Source: Coniocarpon cinnabarinum | Taxonomy: Eukaryota | Length of the DNA stretch: 64,000 bases | Assembly: GCA_051942205.1 (NCBI GenBank) | Contig: JAVECO010000037.1 | Coordinates: 62,001-126,000 of the forward strand | Direction: 5' to 3' | Shown: positions 24,456 through 36,010 of the stretch, one piece after another | Position numbering within the stretch: the first letter of the stretch is position 1 | How the letters are laid out: every line of letters starts with the position of its first letter | Translations under genes and position numbers: made by a program | The notes under the pieces: generated by a model | The model's input: only the letters and a program-made list of their open reading frames with translations | What the model was told of the DNA's origin: nothing | Databases searched by the model: none

Positions 24456-27400
24456 TCAAGCATTGGTCACAGCTGGAGCATCCTGTCGATCATGATGCTT
24501 CGCGCGACCAAGGTGCTTCAACGCTTCTCCGCTTCTGAAAAAGAACATGCGAAGTTTCTCCACAAATCGCTTCGCGTGGAACTCAGCCTTCGACATGCCA
24601 CCAGGGGGCTTATCTTGCGCCTCATCTTCGGCCGGGGCATGCGGCGCATCCACAAACACCATAGAGTCCTGGTTCTGCGTCCGACGGTATGCGAGGGGGC
24701 TGCGATTGTTGGAGCGATGCTGGGAACGATGCTGAGAACGAGCCATGCCACGCGTGGACCTCTTCCCTTTGAGTTTCGTGAAACGCTTCCGTCGAGACTG
24801 GTGACCACGGTCTTCATCGTCACTGTCATCCGAAAAGTAGCTGCGGTCTCCGTCAATTGACAGTCCCGGCGGGCCACGCAGTGCAGTCGACGGGTATCGA
24901 TCTCCAGGATTCACCGCACTCTCACGACGCTCTTCCGGATGAAAGAACTGAGGGTCAATCGCCACCTCCGAACCATCAACCTGAGCGGTGTTGGCTCGCC
25001 TCCTACGCGAGATGGTACGCCACACGCCCTTCTTGCGTTTCTCATCTCCGGAGCTCTTCCGATCAAGCGATTTGCTGTTTGGCACCAGATCGGCGTCAAA
25101 GCCAGGGGACATGGATCGGATCGCACGGAGGGTGTCACCACCATGGCGCAGATTCGGACTGGAGCGAGACCGGCGAAGCTTGTGTTTCGGCTGATTGTCG
25201 CCACCTTGGCTGGCTTCAGCCAGGTCGCTGGACAATGTGACGTCGACAGTATTGGTGCCTTCACTCCAGGGGTAGTTCTCAGGATTATTCCAGGGTCGCG
25301 GCGTGGTGTCCGGTGATGCATGCTTGTCAATAGAAGACTTGGCGAAACTTTTGCCAGCTGGAGCGCGCTTTCCCAGATCCAGTACATCTTGCGCACTCTC
25401 CGACGTCTTTCTCGCAGACGAAACATCAGCAGAGGAGGTGGGATCGTCGGTGGTCTCACCACTGTTGCGTGCGGACTCATATGTGTTGTCGTTGCTGCTG
25501 GACGACCGGTCGGACTCGTCTTGACTTGGCAAAGGCGGCAAGTCTTTGTTCAATCGCAGTTGCGATCGCTCCGCGGACTTGACTGGAAGAGCAATCGAGC
25601 TACGACTGGTGGCAGTGCCTCTTCGTGTCACTGCAGGGGAAGAGAGATGCTCCGCTGATGACTCAGAGGCAGGGGCTTGAGAGACCTGCTTCTTGTGATC
25701 AGCGACTTTGCCTCTGATCTCCTCAACGGTGCGGTTCAGGGCTTCATCGACTTTGTCCAGGTCAACCACAGCATTAGACGAACGGATGGAGGGAAATAGC
25801 TCGGAGAGGCGGAGGCTGAGGTTCTTGACAGACGGAATGGACAACTGTTCGACCTCGTTAATCAACTCTTCTTCTTGCATCGATGGTTTGGTCGTGATAC
25901 AATCGGTAGGTTGAGGCACGGGCTCCACAAGGTCCTGCAGGAACTCACTGTCCGCGACGAAGAAGCTGCGATAGCGCTCTCGCATGTTGTTTGCCGACAA
26001 TGGACGCTCATAGGTCGGCACAGTCGTCCAGTCCTCGGACTTCGTGTTTGCAAGATCTTCTAGCGAGCGTGAGTTGCGAAAGCCGAGGGCAATATTCATC
26101 TTCGACGTCAGATCATGGAGACTGAAATTGAGCGCGGGCAATCTGTGTGATCCACTGGCTCCTTTGCCAAAATAGCTCAGGTTCAGTCCCGTCTCCGCTG
26201 GTGCAGGGGGCTGCTGAACTGATCGTGGTGGTCGCCGAAAATCTTTCATACCGCCTCTCGCCCCACGAAAACCGTAACCCTTGTGACCGAGCATGCGAAG
26301 ATTGGTTGTGCTGGCATCCTCTTGAGAGTCTTCAGCCAAGTCGGGCAGAGGGAATTGAAAGTGCTTGAGCGCAGAGGGCCCTGTATCATGAGAGCGTCGC
26401 GCAGCTTCTGACACAGCGCTGTTGCGTACTGATGGTCGGGATGAAGTGAACTCGACCGATTCGGTGTCAGTCACAAGCAAGCTCTGAGGCTCACTGTCTC
26501 CCTCTTCAACTGTGCCAAGACTCGTTGGTCGAAAGCTGTGGTCAGGAGTGCTTGGCTCGTCGGAAGGATTGAATGAAGCAAGTGTCTCGGATGAGTTGGG
26601 GAGGATCGTGACCCGCGTCAGGCCGTCAATACTGCTTTGTCTGGTAGTGTCGGACAGATTGGCATTCTGCGGTCGAGGTGGGGACGTCTGCAGCGCTGGT
26701 GGCATGATTTGTGCAAGATCAATAGCACGCTGTTCGTCATCAGTCATGGCCGCCATCGTTGAGCTTTGCCTTTGATGGCTGGCAGGTTGAGCAGGCATCG
26801 TGTGTCGATTCGACACGCCAGGAGCGCCAGGGACGCTGATCTCCTGTGATGGTTCGGAGGGCTGACTCAAGGGCCGCTGTTGAGCATCGACAGCGTTGAA
26901 ATTGATAAAGGACGTGGCCCGCGCCAGGGATCCCGCAGGTGCAGGCGAGGAGTGCTGCGGTGCGGAAGAGATCGAGGCAAGAGCCGTCGAAGAAGAGCCA
27001 TAGAATGCTGCTGCAAGTGTTGATCGCTCCGGCGAAGGAGCTTCAGCTGGGGGCTCACCGTCCAGAGACATCCGATCACCGGGTTCCACGTCCTCGTATA
27101 CGGGGAGCGAAGATTCACCTTTCACTGCGTCATGGTCGTCGCTGTGACATGTGCTGCTGCGACGTGATTGATGAATTGAATAATCAATCTCCCCATGGTT
27201 TCCCTCTGATGCAGCTTCACCAGCCACACTGGAAGCTGCGAGGATATCAGACATGCCATCCATCCCTGCCTTGATCAGATCCCTCGTTAGTCTTTTCACG
27301 TTGGGGGAATGCGGCGCATGTTCTTCCAGTCCCTCTTCGCACAACGACTCCAACTCGTCAACGTGATGCAGCTGTTGCCCATCTTGAGACATACCTGCAT

Positions 27401-28682
27401 CATTTTGAAGTGGATATGAAAGAGAGTCGGCATCAAGTTGACCGTTAAATGGATTGTTGGCGTTGGCAACTTGTCTGGGCATTGGGTCCGGGCTGGAAGT
27501 AGATGGCCTGGCCGGCAACTCCTGTTGATCACTGGTCATCCGTTCCTCAAGCGCGGTCTTGACCCTTTGCACAAAGCCACCGTACTGCTGCAAAGCTGGC
27601 GGGGATCCCGTAGTCGCTCTTGATGATTGGAAAGTATGTTCTTCCGACCGGGCTGGAGTGTTTCTTCCAAATCCGGTCGTGGCTTGCGGCTGCGGATACT
27701 GCTCCTGGCTGAGGCTTGAATGGGTGGAGTGTGCAACTTGCCTCGGCATCAATGGGTGTTGACGTGGGAATGATCCGTCCTGTAGTGATCTGTTTTGAGA
27801 CATGAATGGCCGCCTGAGCTCCTCAATCGTGGGCTTCGGACGAAGTGATCGAGATTGTTGAGTGATATCTGTCCGCGGGAGTCCACGATAGGCATGAGCG
27901 GTCGGCCCAGGGGAAGCCGTATATGACCGCGGCCCTGTGCTTGGACGTGGATATGGTTGTCGCTGAGAAGTAAAGGCGCCAGCGGAGTCACTGTACGCTG
28001 GTGAGGCTGGACGGAACGCTGCAGAACTTGGATGCGGCAGTCGCGAGCCGGCGTAGGATGGAGGAGGTCGCATTCGAATTGTACCTGGCTCTGGCTGACT
28101 TCTCAACGACGTCGTTGAGCGATGCATGTTGAGTTGTCCACTAGGGTAAACCCCGTGGGTGAGCGAGTAGGATCTCCCAGACAGATCAACGGAGTCGTGA
28201 CCATTCAGAGGCATCGATCGGACACTCTCCTGGGCAAGAGAAGAACGAGCGTCAGACAGAGATGTTGACAGCGGATCATGATTGCGAGCATGTAGACGAC
28301 GGCCATGTGGCCACTCCCCCGGCATGGACGGTCTCTCACGAGGACCCTGGCTGCGAGCAGAATGCTGTGAGTGAGCTGAGCGGACGGAGCCGTGGAGCGA
28401 GTTGTGACGGCTATACTGCGAAGAAGCTCTGGAAGGAGCACCACTCTTGACTCCACGGGACTGTGGCCCTGGTATCTTGGGGAAACGACTTCCAGCATTC
28501 ATACTGAACGTACCGAGATCACCAGTCTCGGTGCCCGTACGGAGCATGCTGAGCACGCCTGCAGAGCCTGGAGGTAGGCCCGGAGGTGGTGGACGTATGC
28601 CATCGCTTGTCGTCTTGGCTGAAGTTGCCGACGATTTGCTGTTTCGGCGGACGAGGTTGGGGTCCACGTCATGAAGAGGCAT
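24456..28682 (-). CDS. Large Ser/Pro-rich hypothetical protein (1408 aa)
   Basis: Single 4.2-kb ORF with ATG at 28682. Mostly low complexity, with short ordered-looking blocks (GVLSMLRTGTETGDLG; NPGDRYPSTAL). Confidence 0.85.
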   Translation of the reverse strand: MPLHDVDPNLVRRNSKSSATSAKTTSDGIRPPPPGLPPGSAGVLSMLRTGTETGDLGTFSMNAGSRFPKIPGPQSRGVKSGAPSRASSQYSRHNSLHGSVRSAHSQHSARSQGPRERPSMPGEWPHGRRLHARNHDPLSTSLSDARSSLAQESVRSMPLNGHDSVDLSGRSYSLTHGVYPSGQLNMHRSTTSLRSQPEPGTIRMRPPPSYAGSRLPHPSSAAFRPASPAYSDSAGAFTSQRQPYPRPSTGPRSYTASPGPTAHAYRGLPRTDITQQSRSLRPKPTIEELRRPFMSQNRSLQDGSFPRQHPLMPRQVAHSTHSSLSQEQYPQPQATTGFGRNTPARSEEHTFQSSRATTGSPPALQQYGGFVQRVKTALEERMTSDQQELPARPSTSSPDPMPRQVANANNPFNGQLDADSLSYPLQNDAGMSQDGQQLHHVDELESLCEEGLEEHAPHSPNVKRLTRDLIKAGMDGMSDILAASSVAGEAASEGNHGEIDYSIHQSRRSSTCHSDDHDAVKGESSLPVYEDVEPGDRMSLDGEPPAEAPSPERSTLAAAFYGSSSTALASISSAPQHSSPAPAGSLARATSFINFNAVDAQQRPLSQPSEPSQEISVPGAPGVSNRHTMPAQPASHQRQSSTMAAMTDDEQRAIDLAQIMPPALQTSPPRPQNANLSDTTRQSSIDGLTRVTILPNSSETLASFNPSDEPSTPDHSFRPTSLGTVEEGDSEPQSLLVTDTESVEFTSSRPSVRNSAVSEAARRSHDTGPSALKHFQFPLPDLAEDSQEDASTTNLRMLGHKGYGFRGARGGMKDFRRPPRSVQQPPAPAETGLNLSYFGKGASGSHRLPALNFSLHDLTSKMNIALGFRNSRSLEDLANTKSEDWTTVPTYERPLSANNMRERYRSFFVADSEFLQDLVEPVPQPTDCITTKPSMQEEELINEVEQLSIPSVKNLSLRLSELFPSIRSSNAVVDLDKVDEALNRTVEEIRGKVADHKKQVSQAPASESSAEHLSSPAVTRRGTATSRSSIALPVKSAERSQLRLNKDLPPLPSQDESDRSSSSNDNTYESARNSGETTDDPTSSADVSSARKTSESAQDVLDLGKRAPAGKSFAKSSIDKHASPDTTPRPWNNPENYPWSEGTNTVDVTLSSDLAEASQGGDNQPKHKLRRSRSSPNLRHGGDTLRAIRSMSPGFDADLVPNSKSLDRKSSGDEKRKKGVWRTISRRRRANTAQVDGSEVAIDPQFFHPEERRESAVNPGDRYPSTALRGPPGLSIDGDRSYFSDDSDDEDRGHQSRRKRFTKLKGKRSTRGMARSQHRSQHRSNNRSPLAYRRTQNQDSMVFVDAPHAPAEDEAQDKPPGGMSKAEFHAKRFVEKLRMFFFRSGEALKHLGRAKHHDRQDAPAVTNA

Positions 28683-28908
28683 TGTGCCGCCTGATCATGG
28701 CATGACGGTAAAGAATTGCGAGAATCACGGAGAAGGTCGGCGGGACGAGTGGTCGTCTCGAGAGACTGGAAACGTGGAAGGGCACATGAACGAGGAACGG
28801 GGAAAAAGTGAAGTGTATGTAGGGTGACAAGAGGAGTGAGATGGACCTGCCGTGAGTGAGTACATGTAGGTAAGGTAGGCAGACATCGATACTGAGCCAG
28901 GAGGAAGG

Positions 28909-28935
28909 AGCAGCAGCAGCAGCAGCAGCAGCAGC
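28909..28935. repeat. (CAG/CTG)n microsatellite, ~9 units, in the likely 5' leader of the 1408-aa gene
   Basis: agcagcagcagcagcagcagcagcagc. Confidence 0.85.
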
Positions 28936-29356
28936 ACGTGTTCCCGCTAAGACATCAGCCAGACCTCTTCGCAATGGAGCGGTCAAGGTCCATTGAATGT
29001 TTCAGAGGAGAGGTTGGTCTCCCTCACTTACCTGCCAGCCTCATGTCCAGCGTCACCTCTTCATGGCCATGCAACTGTCTGCGACCACTTGTCTTCCGCT
29101 CAGTCTTGACAACACGGCTGGCACTCTTCACGTCCAGCACTTGAGGGGATTCCAAGTCTTGGAAGCCTCACGGCTGCGGAGGGAATGGGTATCATGATTC
29201 ATATGAGATGCGAGCTGCTGTACATTTCGCCCTCAAAGTCAACACTTTTGACGTGCACTATATCCGCTCACTCATATTCCGCCCACGTTCAAAGCCCTTC
29301 TGCGCGCAACGCCTCGCTATGCTTCTCGACGTAGCCGACTCCACTGCGGAGCTGTC

Positions 29357-32300
29357 TTACGCCATCGCAACGTGTCCCCCCAACCCGCCTGACCCCATGC
29401 GCTTTTGATGCTTCTTCGACAACATGCCCTTGAACATGCTGATGCTTGGCTTGCGAAACTTCTTCTGCGGCTCCGGTTTGGGCCACTGAGGCAAAGCCGT
29501 CTGTCCAGACATGGGCCCGCTGTCTCGCGTCGGAGGGCTCTTGATGTCGGGTATCAGCTTGTACGGTCCCGGCGAGCGCCCGCCGATTCTCGACGGTGTC
29601 ACTGCTCGTGGACTTGTCACCGGAGACTCTGTGAGAAGCGGTGACGCTGGTGACGGCGGTGTCGTAGAATGCTCGTTGGACGGCCGCGTGCCGAGACTAG
29701 TCGATGCTGTCTGATTGACGCCCTCCATGTCTCCCGTCGTCATAACACCCAAGCCAGGAGGTCCATAGGCGTTTAACGCCACTATGCGTTTCGGGCTTGA
29801 TGGACTATCAGGGCCGGGAGCCCTTGACAGAGGTCTCTCTACTATCGTCGATTTGTGGGCCTCACTCATGCTCGACGTGATCGATCGAGGGCGGTCAAGA
29901 TATGAGGACATGCTAAAGCGTCGGATGTCCGCGAACGACGCAATCATTGGTCCAATTTCTTCGTCTTCAGAAGATGTAGGACGTTCGTTTTTTTGCACGG
30001 TGTCATCTGGTGACGCAGATTGCTTGTCCGGCTTATGCACGTCGCTTTTCTTGGAAGAAACCCTCAGGGGCGGAATGACCGTTTCCGCAGTCTCGATCTT
30101 GGATTCTGATTGGGGCAGCGCTGAAACATCACTGTGTCCTTCCCCTTCCTCCTGTTCATCATCTTCATCGTCAGAAGCGTCTGCAGAAAAGAATGTTCTC
30201 TCAGCGTGGTGGGGCTCCTCTTGCTGTGCAGGCGCAGACGCAATAATAGAAACTTCGTTGGAGGCATTCGAGCTGGCTTCTTTAGTCGGGGCTGGCAACT
30301 CGACTCTTTGGTCCGATGCTTTGCGCCCCACCGGTACTCGTGCTGGAACACCAGTGTTGAGGCGGAGTGGCTTGTGTGGTCGATTTTGAGGTGCGGCATG
30401 CGCTTCTTGGTTTCCTTCGAGCTCTGCGATTGGAGCACGATCCGATTGTGCCTCAAGCTCTGGGCGGTCGGCTTGTTCCGGCGGTTCTTGCGTTGGCCTC
30501 TCATCCAGAGTCCGTTCAGTGTCCACCTCCAATCCATGCTCTTCTTTTGAAACTGGAGGACGCTCACCTTGGAATTGGATTGAGCTATTGGAAGCGGTGG
30601 TCCCAGTATGGGTAAGCGCTGGCGGAGACATCGTTTCACGTGCTTCGCGAGAGAACGTGGCTTGAGGGGACGAGGGGGATTGTTTGTTGGCACTGGCGGC
30701 CATGGTGGAAGCTCGCTTTGCCTCAATGGGTGAACGAGGCGTGTAGTTGAACACGGCGTTCAGCTCTGGCGTACCGATCTTGGGCGCAGCCTCTTGCACA
30801 GCTTTTTGGTGCAAGCTCAGAGTGTCGACTCGCATAAGTATAGGTGCCTCAACATGTGTTTTGGCTCTATCATCCATTGGAGACATGGGGAGTGGGACCT
30901 GGCTTGGTACCGTGGAGTCGCTTGGTGAAGAAGGTAGAGGAACTTGAGTGGGTGACGAAATGGATGTAGGGCTCGCTGGAGCTGCTCGTAGAGGCATGCG
31001 GCCCGTCGTAGGAAAAAGCAGCGGTGTCGGTGGACGGTGCACCTGGCTGACAACCGAGCGTTCTGAAGGCGACTGAGGCGGAGGCCGCTGGCTGGGCTCA
31101 GCAGCGTCGGTGGGTGACATGGGAAGGGCAACCTGTGCTGGCTCTACGAATGCGGAAGGAGACGTTGGAAGCGAAATCGGAATTCCGTCAGGTGGTCCCA
31201 TGGGAGATTGAGGGAGCGGCACTTCACGGGCAGTCTCAATCGCGGACTGGACAGGCGTCGAAGCGCTCAACTCGCCCAGCCGAGGGGACTGTAGAGCGTC
31301 GTATGAGCTGAATGAAGGCTTTGTGGCATGACGCAGCACGGGGCTTGCGCTGCTCACTCTGAAACTGTGATTTGTAGACTCTTTGACTTCAGCGATTCGA
31401 GGACTGCGAGAGAATTCAGGCTGTTTCATTGCGTCGCCACCTTGGGAGCCAGAGGCCTGTCGTCTGTGGCTCGCACGTTTGCTCATCCTTTTGCTATGTG
31501 GATCTGGTGGAAGAGGCTTGTTTAAGCTTGCCCGCCACGAGGAAGGTGTGGGGGAATTGGGAACAGGAGACACGACGGCGGGAGGGCTCTTGGACTCTAA
31601 GACGGGTGATTGTTCCTTGGCAATCGACTCTTTGGGTGAAATGACAGCCGATTGCATTTTGCGCTGCGGAAGCAAACGTCAGCTTGCAGCTAGGAATGCG
31701 CATTGTACAGCTCCTGTGACTTACCGTCTGTCGTCGGCTGGCAATACCTGCCTGCCGCTCAACTTCTGAGACGATCCTTTCTAGGCGGCGGATCATCTTC
31801 TTCAGCTTCTCTCCTTTCCGTTGGATGTCGCTGAAAGCGCAATGCCAGCCATCCGCATTGCCATGCATAGCATTGTAGATCGCATCCATATCTTCGTCCC
31901 TATTCGGCCAATCCTTTCCAAGCCGATCCAAGAATTTCGAGAGCTGTGCAGTGGCTTCAAGGCCCTTTTCAACATCGTCTAGACTCTGATCCATAGCCAG
32001 ACGGGTGCGTGAGCAAATGCGCTCGATAATGTCGTTCCCATCGATGATGCTCTGACGAAAGTCGCGGTCTCGCAACATTCGACTGAAAGTCCTTCCGTGC
32101 TCCAGTGGCAACAGCAAAAGTCGCAGGCGTTCGTCAATGTCGCGCATGGCCAGGTCGAAATCGGCACCCACATCTTCCAGAAACCCATCTATCTCGTCGA
32201 CGTGAGTCTGCAGTATGCGAATGACCTCCTCCTCGCTCTTTGCAATCTCTTTGTGTAACAGGTGTATGCCAAATGAGATTTGTGCAATCAGCTTCCACAG

Positions 32301-32654
32301 CGGGTGAAACTTTGCGCCCGGCTTGCGGCGCCAGCGTGAAGAGTAATGCTCCTCGTCGGGCTTGTCAAGCTCCAAGAGCTGCAGACGTCTCGTCGCCGCA
32401 TCGAGGGTCTGACGAGTACGCGCTTCTGGATCCATTGCCTCGACAATGGACTCTTGGAAAGGGCCGCGCATGCATTCGACCGGGTGAATGGGCCAGGACT
32501 CGTCTACAGCGGAGCTACTGCGAGAGGAGTCATGCTGCGAGTGCATGGAGACGCGCGACGAGTGGACATTCTTGCTCGCCCTGCGGTCCCGTCGCGCAGT
32601 CTTGACGGAGGCGAGAGAGTGCACCGAGAGACGACTGCTGGCGGGGACAGCCAT
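29357..32654 (-). CDS. Hypothetical protein: helical/coiled-coil N-terminal domain plus Pro/Ser-rich tail (2 exons)
   Basis: The 386-aa and 772-aa ORFs join in frame via intron 31664-31724 (GTAAGT...GCTGAC...CAG), giving SRRQT|RKMQ. The N-terminal domain includes HPLWKLIAQISFGIHLL. Confidence 0.85.
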
Positions 32655-33880
32655 GACGCCCGCCGCCGCGACGCAGTGAAGGGGGTTGCCGTCGTACGCG
32701 CGCCGATGGAGCCAGTAGCAAGGACAGGCAGAGCGCTAGCCAAAATACCTCTCACAGGCAGTCGGGCGGGGACTTGCAGATAGATGGTGGCGCTACGGAC
32801 GTATTGGGTGCCGCACGGGGGCCGCATCGAACGCCATGCCTGTCGACTGGGAGCCGAGTAGAGAAATGTGCGTATTCGATGCAGGTGGCGGACAGTGACT
32901 GCAGTGGAGGTGCAGGCCGGTGTGGAAGAAGTGAAGTTGGAGTTGGAAGAGGAGAGGAGGTGTGGACGAGGGACGCGAAGGAAGCCGGAAGTAGCGTGGT
33001 AGGTAAGTCTACCTTAGAGAGTGGACGAGCTCTGGGCAGCGGAGGAAATCAGTCTCAGACTCTCTCTCAAACAGCTGGTCGTGCGTGACGAAGAGTCCAA
33101 GCTGGCCTAACGCGCCCGCGAAGCCACGGCAGGCGGCCGCGATTGGTGCGGCAGAGGAGGGCAGACAAGGGCTGGTTCTGGAGTGGGGGTAGCGTTAGTA
33201 GTGCGGTGACCGCGTCGTGATGGAGCTGACTCTTGTCTGGAGCAGGAGCAGACTCGGCAGACTCAGCAGACTCAGCAGACTCAGCTTCCGACGGTCGGTG
33301 GGAGAGCCTGAATCTGAAACTGGCGCGCCCGCCACGCCGTCCCGGGCTGCCACCTCGCCTGTTTCAGCACCCGCCCCTGCCCCGCTCCGCCCCACTCTTG
33401 ATATTTCCCCCTTTGGGCCAGTATCGCTTAGGCGACTCACTTACGCTGGCCGCCCCCGCTCTCTACCTTACCCACCCACTCCTTTCCGCTCCCTTCCTTC
33501 GCACGGTTGTGCGCGGAATCTCGTGCGCGATTTTGCTCGAAATAGATGCCTTCTGTGCCCGTGATTCAAATAGACACATCAATCTTCCTAACTTGCCGGC
33601 CTGGAGGAGCCGCACGCCTGGCCGGATCCCGACGACGAGAATGGCGCGTCAGTCGCGTCAACGTGCACACTGCGCTGCAGGGTGGCAGCCCAGCACTCCA
33701 CTGGCACCGCCCCTGATCACGCGCCTGTCACTGTCACATTTCATCCGCAATGCCTGCGCCTCCACCGACATGGTCCTCTCCAACGCTCCCTACCAACGGT
33801 AATTGTCCGTGACTAATCAAACCTCCGGCTCAGCCTTCCTGGATCACTAAAACCTGCCCACGCACCGCTCCTTAACAGCA

Positions 33881-35397
33881 TCACCACCCACGACATCGAA
33901 CCCACACGTCGACAATCTTTGTTGCTTGCTCTCCGCTCCCACTCGAGTCCGTCACCAAGAACCACGAGAACCCGGCAGCGCTAACACACGCATGGTTGGG
34001 GAAAATGGTGATCTTCTCGCCAATGCGAAGCTCTCGTACTTTTTCACGAGGGCCAGACCATGTGAGAACGCCATGCTCCTGACTAATGCGACCGACGGTC
34101 CATCCGGTCTTGCTCTCTTCATCCCACATGGGCTCTTCGTGACTGCCGCGCGACAGCGTGGGCGCAACAACCCCCCAGCCTGGATAGCTTTGGCACGGTT
34201 CTCGTCCTAGAGCCAGCGTGCCTGCCCCGATCAATGCCTCCGGCTGATCTCTCTCAGTATACACGCTCAAGACTTCAGCCATGACTCTGAATGCGATGTC
34301 TTTGTGTGTCATGGTCGGTCCATCGGTCGAGCTCAATGGCCTGGAGTGCGTGGACAGCTGCTGCATATCCAGGATTGCATAGTTGCCGGCATGGAGCTCG
34401 ACGTGAAACACTTCTGCCAACGATTGCAGCATGTGGTGTAACCTATGCGCCTGCTCGGACTCTGTGGACAAGTTCTGCGCCGATGCTGTCTGAGGCGTCG
34501 CTCCAACAGATATCGTAAGACGTTCTTCGACAATGCCTAGCTCCGACGCTTTCTTAGCGGCTTGACTGCAGCGGTCTAGCTCTTCAGCTAAGTACTGCAT
34601 TGCCCCGGCTGGAGAGTTTGCGTTATAGCTGAGGGAGGTGTGGCCGTAAAAACCTATTAATTTGACGTGGGGTGGGCCCTTCGACCGCTGCGCATGGGCT
34701 ATTGCTTCCAGCAGTGTGTTCAATGACTTCGTGTTTGGCTCGAGACCGGCTCGATGATAGCCCACATCTTATCCATTGTCAGGCTTGCGCACCTCGAGGA
34801 AAGTGGCAAATGACTCACCAACTTTAACGAAACAAGGCACGGGGTCATCTGCATGATACTTAGCATCGAGGATGAAGTTGTGAAGCTGTACAGGGTGATC
34901 AATGAGGAAGCTGATTGAGTCTGGCCCCAGTGCATCTCGCATAGGCTTCAATCGAGCATAGGCTTTCGCAGATGGTGGGATGCCATAGAGCATCTTGTGG
35001 TTCATCGATTAGTAGCCGGATCCATGGTCACAATACCGTCACTTGGCTTGCTTACGTTGACCCTGCGCCCTTGCTTATGTAGTTCAGTCAGAAGTTGATA
35101 TTGCTGCTCTGCCTCAGCGAGCGTCGATACAATAATGTTACCTTCATCTTTGATGTTGTCTCCGATCTGTAAGCGAGTGACTTCCGTCGTCTTGTGGGTC
35201 TTAACATGAGCACGGAAGCCTATCCCGAGTCGCTTGGCGGTCTCAAGCATTGCATGACAATTTTTCCTGACGACAGCTTTGTCAAGAAGGGGAGCTGGAC
35301 CCTCAATGTCTCGAACATCTCGGTCTACGAAGATGGATCTGAGGAGCTCTTGCGATGGGACTGGATACAAGTCCTCGTACCTTACGGCTCGAGACAT
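33881..35397 (-). CDS. DSD1: D-serine dehydratase (fold type III PLP enzyme), 3 exons
   Basis: FRAHVKTHKT (PLP Lys), GYHRAG, GFYGH, SVGATP, HAGNY, and the Zn-ligand motifs SQEHG and PNHAC. Confidence 0.93.
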
Positions 35398-35679
35398 TGT
35401 TCATATGAAGCCAAGGTCAGGCTTGAAAATTGCAAGAAGCACTAGAGACTTCCACCAGACATGTCGCTGTGTGACCTTCCCTGGACGCTGTCTACTTGGA
35501 TACCCGATGGCTGGTCAACGTCCGGTCTCATGTGTCTCCACAACAGTTTTGGCAACCCTGCCCATCGTTTTGCTCCAAGTCTGTCGACACGTAGCAGACC
35601 TCTTGAATGCTTGGCATATAATCTTCACCAAAAATGCACGTTTTTGGGGAACTAACTTCTCTACTTCAACAACGTCCAA

Positions 35680-36010
35680 TTGTATCAAAAATAGTATTTT
35701 TTAAATTGTAAGAAGCAATTATAGGTCGCCTTTTTTTTGTTTTACTACGCGACTCTTTGTTATTATATACGAGTAAGCTTGAAGAGGGTATAGTAAAGTA
35801 CTTTGTATGTTGTATAATAAAATCTATCTTTTAAGAGAAATTTTATAAGATTTTTATAAAAATTTTTAGATATTCGTAATTGTGACACTTTTACAACTAC
35901 AATAGTATATATTTATATTATATATATAAAGATTAAATAATATAAATTGAAGAAGCTAAGAAAGCTGCTATCGGGCCTTAGACCCTTTAGGCGCGTATTG
36001 CCTAAAGAGG
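35680..36010. repeat. AT-rich island, probable RIP-degraded repeat relic
   Basis: Abrupt TpA-rich, AT-rich block within sequence of roughly 50% GC. Confidence 0.5.
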
